Source of the DNA: an uncultured Saprospiraceae bacterium
Lineage (GTDB): Bacteria > Bacteroidota > Bacteroidia > Chitinophagales > Saprospiraceae
Direction: 5' to 3'
Length of the DNA stretch: 39,881 bases
Assembly (NCBI GenBank): GCA_964595615.1
Contig: CAZQTE010000004.1
Location: 1-39,881, forward strand
Shown: positions 1 to 7,881 of the stretch, piece by piece
Layout: each line of letters starts with the position of its first letter
Numbering within the stretch: position 1 is the stretch's first letter
Program-made: the position numbers and the translations under genes
Notes under the pieces: generated by a model
Seen by the model: the letters and a program-made list of their open reading frames with translations, nothing else
Told to the model about the DNA's origin: nothing
Databases searched by the model: none

Positions 1-56
1 AGGTGCGAGAGTCTTTGGAGGACTTGGTGAATTTTGTGGTAGAACGGAAAAAATAA
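1..56 (+). CDS. 3' end of an upstream gene (partial, product unknown)
   Basis: Frame 3 is open from the window edge (VRESLEDLVNFVVERKK) to TAA at 54-56. A 16-bp hairpin follows 10 nt later. Too short to assign a product. Confidence 0.3.
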   Translation, partial: VRESLEDLVNFVVERKK

Positions 57-66
57 TTTTTAAATT

Positions 67-136
67 ATGAACCTCCTCTCAGCAAGATACTTTACTGAGA
101 CGAGGTTCATTATTAAAAGGTTCATAGTTCATAGTT
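67..136 (+). repeat. Hairpin element copy 1 plus TTCATAG x2.3
   Basis: Arms 67-82 atgaacctcctctcag and 95-110 ctgagacgaggttcat pair at 15/16 positions. The loop contains ctttac. ttcatagttcatagtt lies at 121-136. Confidence 0.75.
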
Positions 137-188
137 ATTTCTCTACCTTTGCCCTTATCATACAAGACATCTCAAAACTTTCCTTTTT

Positions 189-992
189 ATGAACAGAGGC
201 GACATATCAGGTTTAATCAGAAAATTACGACTAAGTCATTTGGTTGATTATCTGCGCTACAACTCTAAAAAAATTAGCAATTCCGCTAAAAATAAAGCTT
301 TTAAAGTAGCTTATCCAGAGGTCAAATTACCGCCTGATTATCTAATTTATGAGAGCTTTCAAATGGATTATGAACGTTATTACGCAGGTGGGCGTAAAAC
401 GGCGGAATGGCTTGTTGACCATTGGAAAAATCATAAAAACTTGGAAAATGCGGTGGTCTTAGACTGGGGCTGCGGTCCTGGACGGACGATTAGACATTTA
501 CCAGATATTTTGGGTGCAGGCTGCTCTGTTTTCGGGACGGATGTTAATGAGAAATCAATTGCTTGGTGCCAAGAAAATATTGATAATATTGATTTTTCTG
601 TCAATAAGTTAGACCCTCCTTTCACTTATTCAGGTGATAAATTTGATGTGGCTTATGCTATTTCTATTTTGACACACTTATCAGAGGCAAAACACCATTC
701 TTGGCTGGCAGAAATTAAGCGAGTTTTAAAAAAGGACGGTATTTTCTTTGTCACTACTCATGGCGAAGTCTTTAAAACTGTCTTAGCTGAAGCAGAAGTA
801 AAAGCCTATGAGAATAACGAAATTGTTATTCGCGGTCATGTGCGCGAAGGTCATCGTGTTTATGGTGCGTTTCATCCGCCAGTGAAAATTCGTGAGATAT
901 TTGAGCAATATTTTACTGTTTTAATGCACGAACCAGGGACGATTCGGGATGGAAAGCCAGGGCAGGATAAATGGATTTTACAAAAGAAATAA
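189..992 (+). CDS. Class I SAM-dependent methyltransferase
   Basis: 267-aa ORF. Motif I VLDWGCGPGR, followed by an acidic post-I residue (GTDVN) and a Rossmann-like DVAYAISILTHL motif. Confidence 0.8.
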   Translation: MNRGDISGLIRKLRLSHLVDYLRYNSKKISNSAKNKAFKVAYPEVKLPPDYLIYESFQMDYERYYAGGRKTAEWLVDHWKNHKNLENAVVLDWGCGPGRTIRHLPDILGAGCSVFGTDVNEKSIAWCQENIDNIDFSVNKLDPPFTYSGDKFDVAYAISILTHLSEAKHHSWLAEIKRVLKKDGIFFVTTHGEVFKTVLAEAEVKAYENNEIVIRGHVREGHRVYGAFHPPVKIREIFEQYFTVLMHEPGTIRDGKPGQDKWILQKK

Positions 993-999
993 TTTTTTG

Positions 1000-1051
1000 A
1001 ACTATGAACGGCGTCTTATCAAAACGCTTTACTGAGACGCCGTTCATAGTT
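1000..1051 (+). repeat. Hairpin element copy 2 (probable 3'-end structure between convergent genes)
   Basis: Perfect 17-bp arms 1000-1016 aactatgaacggcgtct and 1035-1051 agacgccgttcatagtt. It shares ctttactgagacg and gttcat with copy 1. Confidence 0.8.
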
Positions 1052-1100
1052 CATAGTTCATAGTTCATAGTTCATAGTTCATAGTTCATAGTTCATAGTT
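1043..1100. repeat. Tandem heptamer array TTCATAG x8.3
   Basis: Eight perfect consecutive TTCATAG units counted directly. The array overlaps the right hairpin arm and the last 4 codons plus stop of the rep-like gene. Confidence 0.95.
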
Positions 1101-2174
1101 ACTCCTAAATTCTTTTTCCAACAAACTCGTCCGCGAATTCGTATTCTTCTCATCCGCTTCTTTTTCTTCCACTCTTTTTATCATATCACTGATATAATCT
1201 GTCTCTTTTTGCCCTACTTCTTGACGATTATAATACTTTTTTAATAGCGAAAAAGCTGTGGTTTTATTGATACCAAATTCCACCAAACGCAAATAAGCTT
1301 TTACTTGTCCATTCGTTAGATTGAGTAGTGCTTTTTGAGCAAATGCCTTTCCGATATTATGTTCCTTTGTTAGTTTATCAAAAATTTCTTGCTGCTCTGT
1401 GTCGAAGATACCTGCGCGTTGTTCATCGAAAATATCGCGTTGCCCTGTTTCTCCGATTTGAGTGGCGCGGAGCTGTGGACGCAGGTCTAAAAGTACCTTT
1501 GGGCGCACATAAACCGTGAAACAAATATCCTTAATGTTCCTCCCCTGCTTTATTTTTTCAAATGAAAACCAAAAAGGTAAAATATCATTTTCTTCCAGTT
1601 CTTTTTGCGCGATTAATAATACAAAACGCTCAAAATCAAAAAAGCGCAAGTACTTTTCCTCTACCTGAAAATACTTTTTCAATTCATTCAAATCATGGTT
1701 AAAAGTAAACTCAATTTCTGAACTCTGCCCTTCTAAATGACTTTGAAACAAACGGATAATCTTGGCGGTAAACTTGGATTTATACGGTCGTAAATCTTCT
1801 AATAATTGCGCGTGTGGCAATCCTTGATTACGCATAAAATACTCGACAACACGTGGGGTAAATTGCGCATGTATGTGTCCTGCTTTTACTTCTAAATGCC
1901 CCAACCAATTTACGCGCACAAAATCCTGATTATCAGCACTTTCTATGCGTAAAGGGTTTTGATTTAAGTGAATAAAGATTTGATTGATAGGTTCGTGAAT
2001 GTTCGACCATTTTTCACCTGGGGTATTGTTGATAAAACGTAATAAATCATCTGCGTTGACCACAATCTCAGCGGAAGGATTTGCTTTATCGATGAGCGCT
2101 GCGAGGGCGTACACGGTTTGGCGTGCACGTAGATTTATGGACTGTCCGTCGAGTATGTTTTTTTGTTTTGACAA
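1086..2174 (-). CDS. Rep_3/RepB-family replication initiator-like protein
   Basis: 362-aa ORF. The segment YKSKFTAKIIRLFQ...ELKKYFQVEEKYLRFFDFERFVLLIAQKELEENDILPFWFSFEKIKQGRNIKDICFTV matches the typical layout of Rep_3 winged-helix initiators (Y..F.dF..rVl..A..Ein..t.l....e.iK.GR.i..i.F.v). Judged by eye only. Confidence 0.65.
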   Translation of the reverse strand: MSKQKNILDGQSINLRARQTVYALAALIDKANPSAEIVVNADDLLRFINNTPGEKWSNIHEPINQIFIHLNQNPLRIESADNQDFVRVNWLGHLEVKAGHIHAQFTPRVVEYFMRNQGLPHAQLLEDLRPYKSKFTAKIIRLFQSHLEGQSSEIEFTFNHDLNELKKYFQVEEKYLRFFDFERFVLLIAQKELEENDILPFWFSFEKIKQGRNIKDICFTVYVRPKVLLDLRPQLRATQIGETGQRDIFDEQRAGIFDTEQQEIFDKLTKEHNIGKAFAQKALLNLTNGQVKAYLRLVEFGINKTTAFSLLKKYYNRQEVGQKETDYISDMIKRVEEKEADEKNTNSRTSLLEKEFRSNYEL

Positions 2175-2180
2175 GGAGAA

Positions 2181-2213
2181 AAGTTGTAAAGTTGTAGGGG
2201 GTGTAGAGTTGTA
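2181..2213. repeat. Octamer-periodic array AAGTTGTA-like x4 just upstream of the rep start
   Basis: Units are aagttgta, aagttgta, gggggtgta, gagttgta. The array starts 7 nt from the ATG at 2174 (minus strand). Confidence 0.7.
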
Positions 2214-2276
2214 AAGTGCGTAAATTTACGTGATTTTTTTGAAAAGACGAAAAAGGTGGGAATTGTTCTCGTTTTT

Positions 2277-2373
2277 AAGTATCACGGTCGTTCCACGCCG
2301 TGACCATCCACTCAAACTTCGTTTGAGTGCTAATTTATTTTTGCACACACGGCGTGGAACGACCGTGATACTT
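2277..2373. repeat. 26-bp perfect inverted repeat with nested 9-bp hairpin
   Basis: Arm 2277-2302 aagtatcacggtcgttccacgccgtg is the exact reverse complement of 2348-2373. The inner stem is cactcaaac (2309-2317) / gtttgagtg (2321-2329). The right arm abuts the crtY stop codon. Confidence 0.9.
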
Positions 2374-3525
2374 TTAACGTGCGGGATTCATCGTGCTGAG
2401 CATAGCACGGAAAAAAGGGAAAATTTGCATGGTGCTCATTATCTTGATTTCCTCTGGGAAAGAGGTTTCTTCTGACATAAACTTTAATACTTGAGACGGT
2501 TTATTATTTTCAAATAAAGTCCCAAATACCTCTGGCGGTGGCACACGATGATGTTGTAAGACATTCAAAAAAATACGGTCTAACCAAGCCGAACGCCTTT
2601 GTCTAATCGTCTTTTTCACATACGGACTACCCGTTTTTTCCAACTGCGCTACCATTTTCTGTAAATGCTTTTGCAAATAACAAAATGTATATCCAGAGGA
2701 AGCTTTCGTATTGCCACCAGCAGTACCGATATTGACGATATTTTTATTGCCAGCAGAAAATTTAAAATCCGTCATTGGAATAACACCAAACTCTTCATGT
2801 GTGACTTCATACTCTCCTATTCCCGGCAAAAATTCTTGGATGTAATCTGTGATAATGCGGTCGTATTCCTCTGATTGTAGTAAATCTGGAGAGAAAAGAG
2901 TCGCTTCAATTAAAGCTTCATTTTCGCTGGTTGGCAAGACATAAACAAAGCGTGTCTCGCCCTGATGTGGTACTCGAAAATCCATAAGTGTAGCCTTATC
3001 AGGGCTAAAAAACGGCTCTTTTGTACGAATCGTCCAACCTTTAAAGTGCTGGTCTAAATAATGATTTTCTTTTTTATTTATCTTTTCAAATCGAATGCTA
3101 TTGAAGCAAAAATCTGCGGTATAGCTATTTTCGGCTGTAGTTACTAACACTCCTGAGTCCGTATTCACAACTTTCTGGACGTTTTCCACAGACTTATCCA
3201 CATTTGGGCGACTTATCAACATTTCTTTCCCGTATTGATAAAAATCAATACCACGAATCATCTTATATGTATAAGGTTCGATGTTAAGTGTTTGTGAAAA
3301 ATCAGGTGTATGAAAATCCAAATGTTGCCAACGGTGATGCACTAAAAACTCAAAAGGGCTTTTTTCTCGCTCCCAAAAACACCACGTCCGGTCATTTTCT
3401 AATTTTTCGGACTTGTCTATGATTAATATTCGCTTATCTCGCAAAGAAGATTGCTGTAGGAAGTGTACCAAACTGATACCTGCCAAACCGCCGCCAGCGA
3501 TGATATAATCATAATGTCTCTTCAT
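2374..3525 (-). CDS. crtY: Lycopene beta-cyclase (CrtY family)
   Basis: 383 aa. N-terminal FAD fold DYIIAGGGLAGISL. Length fits the lycopene cyclase family, and it lies in an operon position after crtI-crtB. Confidence 0.75.
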   Translation of the reverse strand: MKRHYDYIIAGGGLAGISLVHFLQQSSLRDKRILIIDKSEKLENDRTWCFWEREKSPFEFLVHHRWQHLDFHTPDFSQTLNIEPYTYKMIRGIDFYQYGKEMLISRPNVDKSVENVQKVVNTDSGVLVTTAENSYTADFCFNSIRFEKINKKENHYLDQHFKGWTIRTKEPFFSPDKATLMDFRVPHQGETRFVYVLPTSENEALIEATLFSPDLLQSEEYDRIITDYIQEFLPGIGEYEVTHEEFGVIPMTDFKFSAGNKNIVNIGTAGGNTKASSGYTFCYLQKHLQKMVAQLEKTGSPYVKKTIRQRRSAWLDRIFLNVLQHHRVPPPEVFGTLFENNKPSQVLKFMSEETSFPEEIKIMSTMQIFPFFRAMLSTMNPAR

Positions 3526-3526
3526 T

Positions 3527-3554
3527 AGTTGGAAGTTGTTAGTTGGTAGTTGGT
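3527..3554. repeat. Heptamer array AGTTGGN x4
   Basis: Units agttgga, agttgtt, agttggt, agttggt lie between the crtB stop and the crtY start. Confidence 0.8.
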
Positions 3555-3582
3555 AGCCAAGCGCGACTTGTACTACTCACTT

Positions 3583-4419
3583 CTACAACAAATTTAACTG
3601 ATGCCTCACCGCGGTGCTGAAAAGTAGCGTCACTTTACGACCATTTGGTACTCTGATGCGCTCTTCTTTTACGTGTGCAGCGGTTGCTTTTTTGATTTTA
3701 GCAAACAGTTTTGTGTAATAAACATAAGCTAACATCACGCCTAATCTTGCGCCTGTTGGCAACTTAATAATACCTTGATAAGCATCATCAAAATCTTTTT
3801 TGATGTCGGCTTCGATAGTGATTTTATCCTCATTGGTGAAATTCACAAAATCTACTCCAGGGAAGTAAACACGTCCACGCTCATCAAAATCACTCTTCAT
3901 ATCACGCAAGAAATTTATTTTCTGAAAAGCAGAACCTAAACTGCAAGCCGGTGCTTTTAGACGTTCATATTGTTCTGTATCTCCATTCGTAAATACGCGC
4001 AAACACATCAGACCAACAACCTCTGCCGATCCGTAAATATACTGCTTATACAGACTATCGTGGTAGCGTTCGTGATATAAATCCATTTCCATACTATCCA
4101 AAAATGCATCAATCAACTCGCGTTCGATACCATATTCATGCACTACTGCTTGAAAAGAATGTAAAACAGGATTTAAGCTGATTTTTTCCTTGATAGCCGT
4201 GTAGGTATCTTCACGAAAACGGCGTAATAATTCGCCCTTTTCATAGCCATGAAAGGTATCTACTATCTCATCGGCAAAACGCACAAAACCATAAATTCCA
4301 TAGATAGGCATCTGATATTTAGAGTCAAATACCTTGATTCCCATAGAGAAAGAAGTACTGTAACGATTAGTAATTAATTTACTGCATTCATTGCAAACGT
4401 CGTTGTATAAGGAGAGCAT
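3583..4419 (-). CDS. crtB: Phytoene synthase
   Basis: 278 aa of the squalene/phytoene synthase family. Motifs YGFVRFADEIVD (Asp-rich motif 1 region) and FLRDMKSDFDERGRVYFP. Confidence 0.85.
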   Translation of the reverse strand: MLSLYNDVCNECSKLITNRYSTSFSMGIKVFDSKYQMPIYGIYGFVRFADEIVDTFHGYEKGELLRRFREDTYTAIKEKISLNPVLHSFQAVVHEYGIERELIDAFLDSMEMDLYHERYHDSLYKQYIYGSAEVVGLMCLRVFTNGDTEQYERLKAPACSLGSAFQKINFLRDMKSDFDERGRVYFPGVDFVNFTNEDKITIEADIKKDFDDAYQGIIKLPTGARLGVMLAYVYYTKLFAKIKKATAAHVKEERIRVPNGRKVTLLFSTAVRHQLNLL

Positions 4420-4435
4420 AATATTTTTTTTGTTT

Positions 4436-5944
4436 TTAAATGGTTAGAGACGGAGCCTTGTGTTTATTTTCAGTTGGAAATTTCTTTGCGATTTCCTTCG
4501 CGACAACTTGTCCTGAGATTAATGACGGCGGCATTCCGGGTCCAGGCGTTGTCAATTGTCCTGCATAATAGAGATTATCTATTTTTGGATTTTTCAATTT
4601 TGGTTTTAGAAATGCTGTTTGAAGCAAAGTATTAGCTAAACCATAGGCATTTCCTTTGTATGCATGATAATCATCTTTAAAATCCTTGTGTGCAAAAGAA
4701 CGTTTGTAGACAATCGAACTACGTATTTCTTGCCCAGTCAGGTTTTCTAAACGCTTCATGACCATATCAAAATATTGCTCGCGCAATTCTTCGGTATCTT
4801 CCAAATCTGGTGCTAAAGGTATCAGCACAAAAACATTCTCACAGCCTGCTGGTGCGACGCTGTCATCCGTGATAGAAGGCGCGCAGACGTAGAAAAGTGG
4901 TTCTGTTGGCCACTTCGGCTCCGTATAAATCTCGTGTGCGTGCAACTCAAAATCTGTATCAAAAAACAGATTATGGTGACGCAGATTTTTCAATTTTTTA
5001 TTTACACCAAGGTAAAATAGTAAAGACGAAGGCGCCATTGTGCGTTTGTCCCAATATGCTTCGGTGTATTGTCTATCTTTTTCTTCCAAAAGATGCTGCT
5101 CAACGTGGTGATAATCCGCGCTGCCTACGACTACATCTGGTTGATAAGTTTGCGTGTCAGTAATGATTTCAGTAGCTGTTCCATTTGTCGTTTTAATGGA
5201 GCGCACTTCTTGATTTAGCAGAATTTCTACACCTAATTCTTCTGCCAGACTGACCATTCCCTCGATAATCTTGTGCATTCCGCCCATTGGATACCAAGTT
5301 CCGCCGACCATATCTGCATAATTCATTAGACTATAAAGAGCGGGTGTTTTTTGAGGGGTTGCACCCAAAAACAAAACAGGAAACTCTAAAAGCTCAATCA
5401 AACGTTTATTGGTAAAGAGTTTTCTAATTTGAGAAGAAACAGATGAAAACATCTGTAACTTAAACAAACTGGAAACAACACGCATATCTGCAAACTCGAA
5501 AATTGAATGTCCTGGTTTATGAACAAACTCTTCAATACCAACTTTGTATTTGTATTCTGCCTCTGCTAAGAATTTTTCTAATTTCTTTGCACTGCCTGGT
5601 TCATAGCTTTCAAACATCGCCAACAATTCATCCCATTTGGCAGGTACTTGCATAAATTCCTTTTTATCAAAAATAACTTGATAAGAAGGGTCTAAACGCA
5701 CTAAGTCATAGTAGTCAGAGGATTTTTTACCAAATAATTCAAAAAAATCTTCAAATACATCGGGCATCCAATACCAACTCGGTCCCATGTCAAAAACAAA
5801 TCCTTCTTCCTCAAATTTTCGGGCACGACCACCAGCGATACTGTTTTTCTCCAATATCGTCACATCATAGCCTTTCTTAGCCAAGCAACATGCTGATGCT
5901 AAGCCTGCAAAACCTGAACCTATTACTATTACTTTTTTTGACAC
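4436..5944 (-). CDS. crtI: Phytoene desaturase (CrtI family)
   Basis: 502 aa. N-terminal VIVIGSGFAGLASA...EKNSIAGGRA dinucleotide fold. C-terminal YYAGQLTTPGPGMPPSLISG, typical of CrtI. Confidence 0.9.
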   Translation of the reverse strand: MSKKVIVIGSGFAGLASACCLAKKGYDVTILEKNSIAGGRARKFEEEGFVFDMGPSWYWMPDVFEDFFELFGKKSSDYYDLVRLDPSYQVIFDKKEFMQVPAKWDELLAMFESYEPGSAKKLEKFLAEAEYKYKVGIEEFVHKPGHSIFEFADMRVVSSLFKLQMFSSVSSQIRKLFTNKRLIELLEFPVLFLGATPQKTPALYSLMNYADMVGGTWYPMGGMHKIIEGMVSLAEELGVEILLNQEVRSIKTTNGTATEIITDTQTYQPDVVVGSADYHHVEQHLLEEKDRQYTEAYWDKRTMAPSSLLFYLGVNKKLKNLRHHNLFFDTDFELHAHEIYTEPKWPTEPLFYVCAPSITDDSVAPAGCENVFVLIPLAPDLEDTEELREQYFDMVMKRLENLTGQEIRSSIVYKRSFAHKDFKDDYHAYKGNAYGLANTLLQTAFLKPKLKNPKIDNLYYAGQLTTPGPGMPPSLISGQVVAKEIAKKFPTENKHKAPSLTI

Positions 5945-6071
5945 GTCTTTTATTTTAGTTCTTGCTTATTCATTAAGCAGTTCTGTTTAACTTTCAAGGT
6001 AATTTGTTTAACAGAGATTCACAAAATATGTTGAAGTATAGTATTGTGAAATGAGTATGATATTAAAAACA

Positions 6072-6104
6072 AAGCCCTCTCGGATACTAAATCCGAGAGG
6101 GCTT
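6072..6104 (-). terminator. Intrinsic terminator after the rhodanese gene
   Basis: 14-bp stem aagccctctcggat / atccgagagggctt with a 5-nt loop. On the minus strand it is followed by tttgttttt. Confidence 0.75.
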
Positions 6105-6133
6105 CACCTCTTTTACTGCCTTAAATTAATCTA

Positions 6134-6526
6134 TCATTTCCAATCTCCGTAACCGCCTGCCAGTTCATAAACTTCTGTAAATCCGTCAGTTACAGCCTGA
6201 TTACATGCTTTCAGACTACGTCCTCCTGCTTGACAATAAATGAACAAAGGACGATTCTTATCAAGTTTTGCCATCTCTGCGGCAAAAGTTCTGTCTTTGA
6301 AATTAATCATCTTTGAACCCGCAATATTTCCCTTTTCAAACTCACGCGGTGTACGTACGTCAATCAGCTGAGGATTTTCAACTGTTGCCAATTTTGCTTT
6401 AAAGTCTGCTGCCGACAACTGTGTGTAGGCAGATTTTTCGCTTAATGTTGCTTTTGTTGAGCTACTTGAATTTTGACAAGCAACGAACACAAAAGAGAGT
6501 AGTAAAAGAGAGAATGATAATTTCAT
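6134..6526 (-). CDS. Rhodanese-domain lipoprotein
   Basis: 130 aa. Lipoprotein-type signal LLSFVFVAC. Active-site loop YCQAGGRS. Confidence 0.8.
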   Translation of the reverse strand: MKLSFSLLLLSFVFVACQNSSSSTKATLSEKSAYTQLSAADFKAKLATVENPQLIDVRTPREFEKGNIAGSKMINFKDRTFAAEMAKLDKNRPLFIYCQAGGRSLKACNQAVTDGFTEVYELAGGYGDWK

Positions 6527-6539
6527 TTTGAAAAAATTT

Positions 6540-6581
6540 TAGACTTTAGATATTGGACCTTAGATATTAGACTTTAGACAA
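6540..6581. repeat. Heptamer array TAGAYNT x6
   Basis: Units tagactt, tagatat, tggacct, tagatat, tagactt, tagacaa in strict 7-nt register. The array overlaps the HIT stop codon. Confidence 0.85.
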
Positions 6582-6969
6582 ACTTGGCAGAGATAGCTAC
6601 TGCTAATTTTTGCATTTCATCCTGAGCTATTTCCAATGGTTTAGATTTCACACTCATTTGACTTTCTGTTTGAAAAGGAATGAGGTGGACATGTGCGTGC
6701 GGAACTTCTGTTCCAACCACCAAGACCCCTACTCTTTTGCACTCAACAACAGACTCAATAGCTTTTGCTACTCGCTTAGAAAAAACGCTTAATCCAGAAA
6801 GAACTTCATCTTCCAAATCAAAGATATAATCTGTTTCCTGTTTAGGCACACACAATGTATGCCCTTTAGCTAATGGACGAATATCTAAAAATGCGAAATA
6901 GTCCTCTGTTTCTGCTATTTTGTAGCAAGGAATATCGCCATTGATAATTTTAGTGAAGATGCTTGCCAT
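6574..6969 (-). CDS. HIT-family (HINT-like) nucleotide hydrolase
   Basis: 131 aa with the histidine triad HAHVHLIPF. Confidence 0.9.
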   Translation of the reverse strand: MASIFTKIINGDIPCYKIAETEDYFAFLDIRPLAKGHTLCVPKQETDYIFDLEDEVLSGLSVFSKRVAKAIESVVECKRVGVLVVGTEVPHAHVHLIPFQTESQMSVKSKPLEIAQDEMQKLAVAISAKFV

Positions 6970-6972
6970 AGT

Positions 6973-7449
6973 TTAGATGATTTCGATTTTTACGATTTCA
7001 AATTGCATCGTACCATTTGGCGTTTTCACTTCTGCAATCTCTCCCACTTTCTTTCCTAATAGTCCAGTCCCCATAGGTGAGTTGACTGAAATCTTTTTCA
7101 ATTTCAAATCTGCCTCTGCTTCACTCACTAAAGTGTAAGTCATTTCGCGTTTTGCTCTGGTGTTCTTAATCGTAACACTTGACAATACACGAACTTCGCT
7201 ATTATCTAATTGAGATGCATCCAATACACGAGCTCTAGCAAAATGCTTCTCTAAATCATTAATTTTCGCTTCTAAGTGACCTTGTGCATTCTTTGCGGCG
7301 TCATACTCTGCATTCTCTGATAAATCTCCTTTATCTCTAGCTTCGGCGATAGCAGCAGCAGCCTCTGCACGACCTTTAGTCTTTAAGTGTTCTAATTCGT
7401 TCTTTAATTTTTCATAACCAGCTGGGGTCATGTAGGAATATTGTGACAT
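6973..7449 (-). CDS. greA: Transcription elongation factor GreA
   Basis: 158 aa. Coiled-coil N-terminus with GDLSENAEYDAAK. C-terminal FKBP-like VNSPMGTGLLGKKVGE. Confidence 0.95.
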   Translation of the reverse strand: MSQYSYMTPAGYEKLKNELEHLKTKGRAEAAAAIAEARDKGDLSENAEYDAAKNAQGHLEAKINDLEKHFARARVLDASQLDNSEVRVLSSVTIKNTRAKREMTYTLVSEAEADLKLKKISVNSPMGTGLLGKKVGEIAEVKTPNGTMQFEIVKIEII

Positions 7450-7703
7450 ATTTCTTGGCTTTTATCTTTTTAGAAATTTTACACCTATAGATAATTAGAT
7501 ACTTGTTTTCTCTCTATCATAACACGGTTTAAAATTTCTATATTTTTACAAATGTTTTCTGCATTCTAACCAACAATAAAAATGGGCAATCAGTTCTATC
7601 GTTCCGCTGAGAAGCAGAAAGAAAAATTGACCTGAATGTGCTATTGAAATTAGTGAAGGTCGGAATTGCGAGAGATTTATATCTCTCAAATAGAACGGAC
7701 AAA

Positions 7704-7739
7704 AGGCAGAAACACTTGATAATCAGTGCGTTTCTGCCT
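7704..7739. terminator. Orphan hairpin (possible bidirectional terminator)
   Basis: 10-bp stem aggcagaaac / gtttctgcct with a 16-nt loop. acaaaa lies upstream and ttctgtt downstream. Confidence 0.4.
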
Positions 7740-7805
7740 TCTGTTAGGACAAATATACAGACATTTTAAGAAAAAGTCTAATATTGTTCGTCTCAAATTA
7801 TTGTA

Positions 7806-7844
7806 CAAAAAAAATGCCGCATATTTTCATTATGAAAATATGCG
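7806..7844 (-). terminator. Intrinsic terminator after the PorV-like gene
   Basis: Stem cgcatattttcat / atgaaaatatgcg. The A8 run on the plus strand gives a U-tract on the minus-strand transcript. Confidence 0.7.
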
Positions 7845-7881
7845 ACATTCATGGAGTAATCAAATACTCTAGTCTAATTTC

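Noticed and set aside
1043-1100. Possible CRISPR array or coding repeat
   Set aside because: The unit is only 7 nt, perfectly tandem and without spacers. It carries stops in all frames on both strands. It is a microsatellite-like array, not a CRISPR array or a peptide repeat.
2230-2475. 81-aa plus-strand ORF
   Set aside because: It runs through the 26-bp palindrome and antisense into the crtY 3' end. It has an arginine-rich, low-complexity composition and is considered spurious.
7582-7635. 17-codon ORF MGNQFYRSAEKQKEKLT in the greA-PorV gap
   Set aside because: It is too short and featureless to call. It is mentioned only as part of the possible small-RNA region.
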